A stretch of DNA of 64,000 nt. Source: Eledone cirrhosa (Eukaryota). The notes under the pieces were generated by a model. That model did no database searches. It worked only from the letters and a program-made list of their open reading frames with translations, and was not told the DNA's origin. A program made the translations under genes and the position numbers. Where the stretch lies: contig OZ024740.1 of assembly GCA_964016885.1 (NCBI GenBank), positions 287,742,001-287,806,000 on the forward strand, given 5' to 3'. Below, piece after piece: positions 1 through 9,573 of this stretch. Numbering within the stretch: position 1 is the first letter of the stretch; the number at the start of each line of letters is the position of its first letter.

Positions 1-2082
1 CATTGCTGTTCGTATGCAGGCATCGTACAACCTGCCTTTCATTTTTAGGGAGAACCCTTTAGCAGCTAATAGTGGTATAAGCTCTCTGAACTTTTTCCAA
101 CCAGTTCTGACTCTAGCTACAGTACTTTCAGAGCACCCTCCCCCACTGCTGATTTTATCGCCCAGGTAACGGAAGCTGTCCACTATTTCTATAGAACCCT
201 CTGCGCAATTGAAAGAGCTAGTATTTTGTGGGCACTTGCTGCTACTTATTGCACCAGAACACCGCCCACATGTAAAATCTATGTTCTTAGTTAGCTTACC
301 TGTGATCCCACTACATCTTTTATGCACCCATACTTTGCATTTAGGACATAAAAGGGAGTTTCTACCTACGCCTTTCCTACACACCGAGCACGACCATTTC
401 CCAGAAGGGACCGCCGCCTTGTTTTCTTTCCTACAAACTAGAACTTTGGTCTTAGCCAGGTTAATTTTAAGTCCTTTTGTCTCTAGGCCGTGCTTCCATG
501 TTTGGAATTTCTTCTCTAGCTCGGCCATTGATTCCGCTATGAGTGTCAGGTCGTCTGCGTATAGGAGTTCCCATGGGCAGCCTGTCTTGAACTCCTCTGT
601 TATAGCCTGAAGGGCAATAATAAATAGTAGGGGGCCCGAGAACAGAGCCCTGATGGACGCCAACTTTTACGCTAAACTCTTCACTATATTCGTTGTTAAT
701 TCTAACCTTGCTGACTGTTTCTTTATACATGGCTTGTATAGCCCTCACAAGCCATTCGTCAACGCCTAGTTTTCTAAGAGCCCACCAGATAATGGAGCGA
801 GGGACTCTGTCGAAGGCTTTCTCCAGGTCGACAAAAGCTAAGTAGAGGGGTTTACCTTTAGCTAGGTACTTCTCCTGTAGTTGTCGTACTATGAAAAGAG
901 CGTCTGTGGTGCTTTTGCCTGACACAAACCCGAACTGCATTTCATCTAGGTCAATTCTCTCTCTGATTAGTTGCGCTATTACTTTTTCCGTGACCTTCAT
1001 GACCTGGTCGATTAATTTAATGCCTCTATAGTTACTCCTATCTAGGGCATCTCCTTTACCCTTATAACAGTTAACGATGATGCTGCTATGCCAGTCCTTC
1101 GGAACAACCCCATTCTGTACGACTTGGTTAACTATGCGGGTGACCATGGTGTGTCCCACCGTGCCAGATGCCTTCAGCATCTCAGCAACTATTTCCGAAG
1201 GCCCAGCCGCCTTACCCGTCTTCATATCCTTGATTGCCTTACTTATTATACTCCCCTAGACTAACACTGCTGGTCCCTCTATTGGGTCGATATGGGGGAG
1301 ACTGTCTTTCTCCCATTTATTCTCCTCATTTAGTAGCCTTTCATAGTGACACTTCCAAGCTACCTTCTTATCAGTGTCGGTGATGGCAAGTATGCCATCA
1401 TCGCTAAGTACACACTTCTCCCCGACAATATCACGGTTTTCCTTGACGCATTGCCTAGCAATCCTGAACACCTCACGTTTTTGGTCATCGCGTTGTAGAA
1501 CATGCTTGAACTTTCTTTCCTCAGCTTCCCTTCTTGCTAAGTACACTTCTCTCCTAGCTTCCCTCCTGGCCACTTGATAGTCTACTCTGCTTCCCCCATC
1601 CCGCCATACTTTCCAAGCCTGCTTTTTGGCCTTAATTGACCCCTCCACCTTACTGTTCCACCACCATGTTACTCTCCTCCTGCCTACAGGCCTGCTCCAG
1701 CCACAGACTTCGTCTGTCGCCAACAGCAGGTTTGCTTTCAGAAATTCCCAGTGTCCCTCTATATTGTCCGATTCTAGATGCTCTTCCTTACTGTCGAAAG
1801 CATCAAGTAATATGCTTTGAAATTTATTTCTGGCTGTGGGGTCCTTTAGCTTCCATATTTTCCTCCTGAGGATAGTCCTCTTCTGCTGTCGAGTACGTCT
1901 CGTCCTGACTATGAGGTCGCTAATTATCAGTCTATGTTGGGAGGTGCATTCTTCATGGGGGAGGGATTTAGTGTTTACAACAGACACTCTGTCACGTCTT
2001 CTGGTAAGGATATAATCTACCTGGCTTGTGTGTTCCCCGGATCTATAGGTGATCAGGTGATTGTCACGTTTTTTGAAGTTAG
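1..2082 (-). mobile_element. RTE-clade LINE, subfamily A, decayed and 5'-truncated; runs off the window start
   Basis: ORFs 1256..1987 and 467..1225 are collinear with the 6443..9508 protein (end of APE domain, GKAAGPS, QFGF, FVDLEKAFDRV, GVHQGSVL). They are separated by a nonsense TAG at 1256-1258, with a frameshift near 630. Downstream frame gives LLYADDL and a C4HC3 finger at about 260-390. Confidence 0.93.
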
Positions 2083-2267
2083 TTATGTGTATGTATATAA
2101 ATATATATGTATGTATGTATATGTATGTGTATATGTATATGTATATATATATATGTATATGTATATGTATATGTATATATATATATGTATATGTATATAT
2201 ATATGTATATATATATATGTATATATATGTATATGTATATATGTATATATATATGTATATATATATA
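2083..2267. repeat. (TA)n/(TATG)n microsatellite
   Basis: Seen directly; separates two oppositely oriented RTE fragments. Confidence 0.95.
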
Positions 2268-3232
2268 GTGGACGCCTTCTGTTACTTGGGTGACAAAATC
2301 AGCAGTGGTGAAGGGTGCTCTGAAAGTACAGTAGCTAGAGTCAGAACTGGATTGAAAAAATTCAGAGAGCTTATACCACTATTAGCCGCTAAAGGGTTCT
2401 CTCTAAAAATGAAAGGCAGGCTGTATGATGCCTGCATACGAATAGCAATGTTACATGGCAGTCAGACCTGGGCCTTGTGTGCAGAGGATATACGCAGACT
2501 GGAGAGGAAGGAAGCTTGCATGCTCCGCTGGATGTGTAATAGTAATATACGTGAATGGCAAAGCATAAACGAACTAAGGGAAAAATTAGAAATAAGAGGC
2601 ATCGGATGTTGTTTACTCGAGAGAAGGCTACGTTGGTATGATCACGTGATGCGCATGAAAGACGACAGCTGTATAAAAAAAGTACAGGGCAATAAAAATA
2701 GACGGTAGCCACGGAGTACGATGACCCAGAAAAACATGGGACGACTTCATAAATTCCGACCTCACACACTTACACCTCGCCAAGACAATGTCACTGGACC
2801 GAGATCTTTGGCTCTACACAGTAATACAGAAGACCCGCCTTACCTAAGTACAAACGGAAACCTACTACAGTCAGTAGGCACCTCTAACAAAAATACACCC
2901 CCGTCCCACTACCCTTACCCCATCCACACCACCCCTTCCAATGTAAAGTTATGTTGGTACCACAACATCCAGTCCGAAACAAATGAGGTTGTGTAGTTGT
3001 CACGACAAAAAAACACACAGCCCTCACTGTTATGTGGCCGTGTAGGTAACACGGTAAAAACTTCCCAGTCCACACTGTAAACGTGGTTGGTGTTAGGAAG
3101 GGCATCCAGCCGTAGAAAACCCGCCAGACAGTCCTATGCGAGCAAGACAACCACTCTTGCCTCAAGTGGGAAAACCCCCGTCCAAACCCATGCAAGCGTG
3201 GAACACGGACGTTAAACGTTGATGATGATGAT
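2268..3232 (+). mobile_element. RTE LINE subfamily A, 3' fragment with long 3' UTR and (GAT)n tail
   Basis: Translates as VDAFCYLGD...[10 protein letters not shown]...MLHGSQTW...RRLRWY. 2268-2450 is a close inverted copy of 1-183. Ends ...cggacgttaaacgttgatgatgatg. Confidence 0.9.
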
Positions 3233-3404
3233 ATATTACATAATAAACAACACAAATGTTTCTTGAAACCTTCGGTAATGAAATAATTATGTGTTGCTTA
3301 TTATGTAATTAAATAGCTCTGTACAATACATAGAGCACTCTTCTTTCCTTTACCTTTTTTACAGAAATACTGAATACACACATATATATTATCGTTTTTA
3401 CATT

Positions 3405-3469
3405 AACGGAAAACTCCCGTCCAAACCCATGCAAGCGTGGAAGATGGATGTTAAACGATAATGATGATA
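3405..3469 (+). mobile_element. Isolated RTE/SINE 3' tail
   Basis: ccgtccaaacccatgcaagcgtggaa...gttaaacgataatgatgat matches 3178-3232. Confidence 0.8.
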
Positions 3470-3617
3470 TGTATATATATATATGTATATATATATATAT
3501 GTGTGTATATATATATATATATGTGTGTATATATATATATATATGTGTGTATATATATATACATATATATGTGTATATATATATATGTGTATATATATAT
3601 GTGTATATATATATACG

Positions 3618-3657
<40 letters not shown>

Positions 3658-3980
3658 CATTATATATATATATATATCTATATATATATATATAGATATA
3701 TATATATAGATATATATATCTATATATATATCTATATATATATATCTATATATATATATATCTATATATATATATATATATATCTATATCTATATATCTA
3801 TATCTATATATATCTATCTATATATATATATATATCTATATATCTATATATCTATATCTATATATATATATCTATATATCTATATATCTATATCTATATA
3901 TATATATCTATATATATATATATATATCTATATCTATATATATATTATATATATATATATACATATATATATGTGTATAT
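3470..3980. repeat. (TA)n microsatellite with TGTA and TCTA variants
   Basis: Seen directly. Confidence 0.95.
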
Positions 3981-3981
3981 C

Positions 3982-4232
3982 AGAGGAGACTGAGGTTAGC
4001 TGGACATGCTCACCGACATCCAGAGTTGACATGGCACTCAGTGCTCCTTTGGGAGCCCCTACATGGACACACTAGAAGAGGAAGACCAAGGTTAACGTAT
4101 GTTGATGCCCTAAGGACAGACACTGGTCTATTGGAGACTCAGGACATGGCAGCGATAATGAGGGACAGAGACCGCTTGAGAGAACTCGTCCATGGATCTC
4201 GGGAATTTTACCCGCCTTAGAATAGAATAGAA
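3982..4232 (+). mobile_element. 3' end of a different RTE-type LINE family with (TAGAA)n tail
   Basis: Translates [12 protein letters not shown]...LLWEPLHGHTRRGRPRLTYVDALRTDTG, a typical RTE C-terminus; stop followed by tagaatagaatagaa. Confidence 0.8.
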
Positions 4233-4339
4233 TATGTGTATATATGTATATATATATATATGTATATATATGTATATATTGTATATATATGTATATATAT
4301 ATATACAGTATTTTCCGTTGTGTTGTAATATAAATATTA

Positions 4340-4850
4340 CACACAGTAGATTATCAGCTCACGCAGAGTTTGCTCGACGGTTCCAGTTGTAGTTCCAAAA
4401 GTAATCCGGAGAAAAATAGAAAGATTTGAATGGATACAGTTTAGTTGAAAGGAATTTATTGACACGTGTTTCTATAACAGTTACATAACCTGAAAACAGC
4501 TGCTATCTACAAAGTTTTAGTTATGCAGACATTCAATATTTCAATGTTATTATTTACTGTCATTTCATCAGAATAATATTACTGAGGACCTATTTAGTTT
4601 TTATAGAGAATATTAGGAGGGAGGGGTGAAGTTGTTAGAAGAATAGTTGAAGGAGTGGTTTTTCGATAGCAGTGAGAATTCTTGGTGGCAGTGAGTAATT
4701 AGATTCCCATCTGTTGTTTTGACATTTTTTATAGAATATATTATTGGTTATTTTTCTAAATCTATAGAAGTATTAGAGATAGTAAAGATATGCGTGGTTG
4801 GTTTTGTGTTTGCACTTAATTAACATTCAGACTTAAATTTTTCTTTCAAG
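4340..4850 (-). mobile_element. Penelope-like element 3' remnant (ORF end plus pLTR region)
   Basis: The minus strand near 4840-4780 reads KSE/MLIKCKHKTNH across a 1-nt indel, resembling the C-x-H C-terminus of the 9817..11775 protein. It is followed by a hammerhead motif and AATAAA. Confidence 0.6.
4456..4576 (-). ncRNA. Type I hammerhead ribozyme motif with extended stem II
   Basis: Minus strand: UUAUU-CUGAUGA-a-AUGACAGU...ACUGUUAU-a-GAAA-C-ACGU-G-UC-AAUAA. Complete core, 5-bp stem I, 8-bp stem II, minimal stem III with palindromic loop. Confidence 0.75.
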
Positions 4851-4859
4851 TGTACGTAT

Positions 4860-5126
4860 CCTCTCACCCACGCATTCACACACATATATTTGCACACCTC
4901 TACAAAATACATATACTCACAATTCACATATTCATACTTACATACATATACACATGCATACACATATATATACACACATGTATTCATGTACATACATACG
5001 CGCTCATGTGTATACATTTTCATACTCAACTTATCTTTATATACACGCGTATAGACACACACATATATACATACATACTCTAGTCCATGTGTACACACAT
5101 ACACATACATACACATCTATATACAC

Positions 5127-5181
<55 letters not shown>

Positions 5182-5250
5182 CTTCTACCAGGAAATCTTT
5201 CATATCAGTGAAAATTTTCTTTTCTTTGCTTCATATATATATATATTATA
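4860..5250. repeat. Degenerate (CA/TA)n microsatellite
   Basis: Seen directly. Confidence 0.85.
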
Positions 5251-5261
5251 TATACTTGTCC

Positions 5262-5360
5262 CGCCGAGGTTGACTTTGCCTTTCATCCTTACGGGGTCGA
5301 TAAAATAAAGTACCAGTAATGTACTGGATAATTGCTGGCCTTGTGCCTAAAGTAGAAACA
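5262..5360 (+). mobile_element. 5'-truncated tRNA-derived SINE (Deu/Nin-like domain) with TSD
   Basis: Matches the 3' part of 33075-33253; flanked by the direct repeat attatatatacttgtcc at 5245-5261 and 5361-5377. Confidence 0.9.
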
Positions 5361-5639
5361 ATTATATATACTTGTCCGCCATTGCAAAAGGCCATAAATT
5401 CAAAATTTTGAAGAGAGAGGAAAAGAGAGAAGTGATCTATGAACTTGTAACATCTCACTGACCCCGCGTCACCACAATAACAATAACGCCTACACTCGCT
5501 CCCCACCATCACCACATTACTCTAAGGTCGCTGTCCTGTCCCCTGTTGACATACTGCTGACTCACTTTTGATGTATGTATGTGTATATACATATGTGTAT
5601 GTGTGTGTATATATATATCTCAGTGGATGCGACCAGATT

Positions 5640-6020
5640 TCAACACAGCAACAACTACTACAACAACAACAGCAGCAACACCACCAACAACAGCAGCAAC
5701 ACCAACAACAACAGCAGCAACACCAACAACAACAGCAACAACACCATCGTCTGTGTTGAATGTGTGTGTGTATGTATTTGTATATATGCGACAGCAATAA
5801 CAGCATCAACACCATTGTCTGCAGCAACAGCAGCAGTGAAATGAAGGACAACAACAACAGCAACAACAACTACAATAACAACTACAGCACCAACAACTGC
5901 CACCACCATCACTGACCATCCACCACCACCACGCTGATACCATCCACCACCACCAAACAGACACCATCCACCACCGCCATTACCAGCGTAAAGCAAACAA
6001 TTATTATTGTTATTATTATT
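5640..6020. repeat. Compound trinucleotide microsatellite (CAA/CAG/CAC/ATT)n
   Basis: Seen directly. Confidence 0.9.
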
Positions 6021-6249
6021 ATATACAAGCCGAACTGGACTGGGAAAGGTCAACAGTTGACATGATAGTGATTTTGACGATTTTGATTTTGTATCAGTAC
6101 TGTTGGTAATATATGTATATATATATATGTGTTTGAGAGTGGTGTGTGTGATTGTATGCATGAATGAGTGTTGGTATGTGTGGTTGTGGTTTGTATGCAT
6201 GAGTATTGGTGTGTGAGTCGTGTCAATAAGTTTTTCTTTCTTTTTTTTT

Positions 6250-9200
6250 AAATGACCATGCTGTAAAATGGAGGGGTAGAGAGGGCCCTTGAGTCTAGTA
6301 AGACATCCTCTCTAGTGCTGGTGGCACAAATAAAAGCACCCAGTCCATGCTGTAAAGTGGCGCTGGTGTTAGGAAGGGCATCCAACCAGTGTATCAATGC
6401 CAAAAAGCTTATCAGCACAGCAACAAAACAGCATAGGAAAATATGAAGACGTCGCATCTCAGAGTTGCAACACTTAATGTTGGCACTCTCAGAGGTAGAT
6501 CTGCTGAAATAGCGGAGATGCTGGAGAGAAGGCAGGTGGATGTGTGCTGTGTGCAAGAGGTGAGATGGAGAGGTGCCTCTGCGAGACTAGTCGTAGGCAA
6601 GCGTCTTAGCTATAAGCTATTCTGGGTAGGTAAGGATGATGGGTTAGGGGGAGTAGGCATTTTCCTGGCTGAGAAATGGATCAATAAGACAATAGAGGTA
6701 GTTCGAGTTAGTAATCGAATAATTAAGCTTAGATTAGTTGTAGGTAGGAGACTACTGACAATCATCTCGGTCTATGCTCCCCAAGCAGGCCTAGGCAAAG
6801 ATGAGAAAGACTGCTTTTATGAGCAACTTTTGCAAACAACCACAATGACAGAGGACGGAGACATCGTTATGCTAGCAGGAGACTTCAATGGTCATGTTGG
6901 ACAGCTCCAGGGTGGTTACACTGGGGTACATGGTGGGCACGGTTACGGTTCAAGAAATGAAGGAGTGAGACTTCTTGAATTTTGTGATGCGAGTACATTG
7001 ACTATTTGCAACACAAACTTCCAGAAACCTGCCAATCACCTAATAACCTACAAATCTGGTGAGCACATAAGCCAGATTGACTTCCTGCTAGTTAGGCAGC
7101 GGGACAGGCAGATAGTGTCTAATACCAAGGCATACCCTGGGGAAGAATGTACCCCACAGCATAGGTTAGTTGTTAGTGATATCTCAGTAAGCAAGAGATG
7201 GAATGAGACATATAGGAAGGTGTGGAGAAGAAAGGTCTGGAAGCTAAAAGACCTTTCACTAAAATACAAATTTAGGAAAGCCCTTCAAGATGTATATGAC
7301 GAAAAAGAAGACGATTTAGAGACGTATGACATAGATAATAACTGGAAGTTCTTACGTGACAACTTGCTGCAGGCTACTGATGAAACCTGTGGCTGGAGCA
7401 GAGCTCCAACCAGACAGAGAGTGACCTGGTGGTGGAACAGCACAGTAGATAAGGCTATTAGAGACAAAAGACTAGCATGGAAGGCTTGGAAAAAGGGTGG
7501 GAGTAGGGAAGAATATACAGCCACTAAGAGAGAAGCTAGACGTCAGGTGTACTTAGCACGCAGGAAGGCAGAGAGTAGGAGGTTTGCCAATGTTCTGCGA
7601 CGGGAAGATCAGAGGCGTGCGGTGTTCCACATTGCAAGGCAGTGTGTCAATGCAAATCAGGATGTTGTTGGAGATAAATGTGTCCGGGATGATGCCGGTG
7701 TACATAGTGTCACGAATGACCAGAAAAAGGAGGCCTGGAAATGTCATTATGAGAGACTGATGAATGTGGAGAACGAATGGGAGAGAGAGAAATTACCCTT
7801 GGTAGATCCGACAGAAGGACCAGCTATTGAGATTGACGAATATAGGGTCCAAGAGGCGATTAGGGAAATGAAAAATGGTAAGGCGGCCGGACCATCGGGA
7901 ATAGTTGCTGAGATGCTGAAGGCATCAGGGGACGTAGGCACTAAACTGGTTGCACGCATCATCAATCAGGCTATATATGGTGGTGTCATACCCAAAGACT
8001 GGTGCAGCAGTATTCTCATAAATTGCTACAAAGGTAAAGGGGATGCTTTGGAGAGGAGCAATTATAGGGGTATAAAACTGATAGATCAGGTTATGAAAGT
8101 GGCAGAAAGGATTTTAGCACAACTAATTAGAGAAAGGGTCAAACTAGATGAGATGCAGTTTGGTTTTGTGCCTGGGAAGAGTACAACAGATGCCCTCTTC
8201 TTGGTGAGACAAATGCAAGAGAGGTTCTTAGAGAAGAATAAGCCACTATACTTAGCCTTTGTTGACCTAGAGAAGGCCTTTGATAGGGTACCCCAATCTG
8301 TCATCTGGTGGTCCCTAAGGAAGCTAGGTGTTGAAGAATGGCTTGTGAGGACAGTGCAAACTTTGTACAGAGGTTCTCTCAGTAAAGTCAGGGTAGGTAT
8401 GGAGTTTAGTGAGGAATTCCAGATACAAGTAGGGGTACATCAGGGTTCGGTCCTCAGCCCGCTCTTGTTCATTATAGTCCTCCAAGCCATAACAGAGGAG
8501 TTTAAGACTGGCTGTCCATGGGAACTTCTCTACGCTGACGATCTGGCTCTTATAGCAGAATCAGTAGAGGAGCTAGAGAATAAATTCCGGCTATGGAAAC
8601 AGCAGTTGGAAGCAAGAGGACTGAGAGTAAATCTAGCTAAGACAAAAGTGTTGATGAGTAGAAAAGAGGACAAAACCCTGATTCCGTCAGGGAAATGGCC
8701 ATGTTCGATATGCAGAAAAGGAACTGGCATAAATTCTATAAAATGCACACAATGCAGGTCCTGGGTACACAAGAGATGTAGCGGGATAGCAGGCAAACTA
8801 ACAGGTAGGGAGAAATATGTATGCAGTAGATGTACAGGGAAATTAGACAGTAGAAGTCGCACTGAAAGACACATTTTTCAAATGCGAGAGGGCGCTATAG
8901 AAGTGGTGGATAGCTTCCGGTACCTAGGAGATCAGATTAGCATGGGAGGAGGGTGTTCCGAGGCCATAGTATCTAGAATAAGGACGGGTTGGAAGAAGTT
9001 TAGGGAGCTGCTTCCTCTGTTGACGAAGAAGGGTTTCTCCCTGCGTACGAAAGGCCGGTTGTATGATGCCTGTGTGAGGAGCGCGATGCTGCATGGTAGT
9101 GAGACATGGGCAGCAACCGCAGAGGATATGCGACGGCTGGAGAGAAATGAGGCAAGCATGCTCCGTTGGATGTGCAATGTAAATGTGCGTGAACGACCCA

Positions 9201-9522
9201 GCATAAATGTGTTGAGAGAGAAACTGTGTCTGAGAGGGATAGAATGTAGTGTACAGGAGAGGAGACTGAGGTGGTATGGACATGTGATGCGCATGGAGGA
9301 TGACCGATGGGTGAAGAAGTGCCAGGAAATGCCAGTTGAAGGAAGACGTGGTAGAGGTAGACCACGAAAAACATGGGCGGAGGTGGTGAGAACAGACCTC
9401 AGATCATTGAAGCTCACGGTGGAGATGACGAGGGACCGTGACGAGTGGAGAGATGCTGTGCTGAATAAGACCCGTCCCACCCTTGCAAGCAGGGAAAAGC
9501 GGACGTAAAATGATGATGATGA

Positions 9523-9526
<4 letters not shown>
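6250..9526 (+). mobile_element. Near full-length RTE-clade LINE, subfamily B
   Basis: About 190-nt 5' leader, single long ORF, 3' end ...gcaagcagggaaaagcggacgtaaaa(TGA)n, then (TA)n. No TSD identified; 5' boundary approximate. Confidence 0.92.
6443..9508 (+). CDS. RTE LINE polyprotein: APE-type endonuclease + reverse transcriptase + C4HC3 PHD-like finger (1021 aa)
   Basis: Uninterrupted ORF. APE motifs TLNV, VQEVRW, SVYAPQ, GDFNGHVG, SQIDF, QHR. RT motifs QFGF, DLEKAFD, HQGSVLSPLLF, YADD, FRYLG. C-terminal RRLRWYGHV and RGRPRKTW. Confidence 0.95.
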   Translation: MKTSHLRVATLNVGTLRGRSAEIAEMLERRQVDVCCVQEVRWRGASARLVVGKRLSYKLFWVGKDDGLGGVGIFLAEKWINKTIEVVRVSNRIIKLRLVVGRRLLTIISVYAPQAGLGKDEKDCFYEQLLQTTTMTEDGDIVMLAGDFNGHVGQLQGGYTGVHGGHGYGSRNEGVRLLEFCDASTLTICNTNFQKPANHLITYKSGEHISQIDFLLVRQRDRQIVSNTKAYPGEECTPQHRLVVSDISVSKRWNETYRKVWRRKVWKLKDLSLKYKFRKALQDVYDEKEDDLETYDIDNNWKFLRDNLLQATDETCGWSRAPTRQRVTWWWNSTVDKAIRDKRLAWKAWKKGGSREEYTATKREARRQVYLARRKAESRRFANVLRREDQRRAVFHIARQCVNANQDVVGDKCVRDDAGVHSVTNDQKKEAWKCHYERLMNVENEWEREKLPLVDPTEGPAIEIDEYRVQEAIREMKNGKAAGPSGIVAEMLKASGDVGTKLVARIINQAIYGGVIPKDWCSSILINCYKGKGDALERSNYRGIKLIDQVMKVAERILAQLIRERVKLDEMQFGFVPGKSTTDALFLVRQMQERFLEKNKPLYLAFVDLEKAFDRVPQSVIWWSLRKLGVEEWLVRTVQTLYRGSLSKVRVGMEFSEEFQIQVGVHQGSVLSPLLFIIVLQAITEEFKTGCPWELLYADDLALIAESVEELENKFRLWKQQLEARGLRVNLAKTKVLMSRKEDKTLIPSGKWPCSICRKGTGINSIKCTQCRSWVHKRCSGIAGKLTGREKYVCSRCTGKLDSRSRTERHIFQMREGAIEVVDSFRYLGDQISMGGGCSEAIVSRIRTGWKKFRELLPLLTKKGFSLRTKGRLYDACVRSAMLHGSETWAATAEDMRRLERNEASMLRWMCNVNVRERPSINVLREKLCLRGIECSVQERRLRWYGHVMRMEDDRWVKKCQEMPVEGRRGRGRPRKTWAEVVRTDLRSLKLTVEMTRDRDEWRDAVLNKTRPTLASREKRT

Positions 9527-9570
<44 letters not shown>

Positions 9571-9573
<3 letters not shown>

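Noticed and set aside
3225-3300. UGAUGA...AUUAC/GUAAU-GAAA-U-AAUU-A-UG hammerhead-like string
   Set aside because: UGAUGA comes from the RTE tail, no C or stem I precedes it, and the cleavage base would be G.
5522-6200. Poly-Q/N/T/C ORFs
   Set aside because: All frames are open because of trinucleotide repeats; no supported splice context; interleaved with CA/TA microsatellite.
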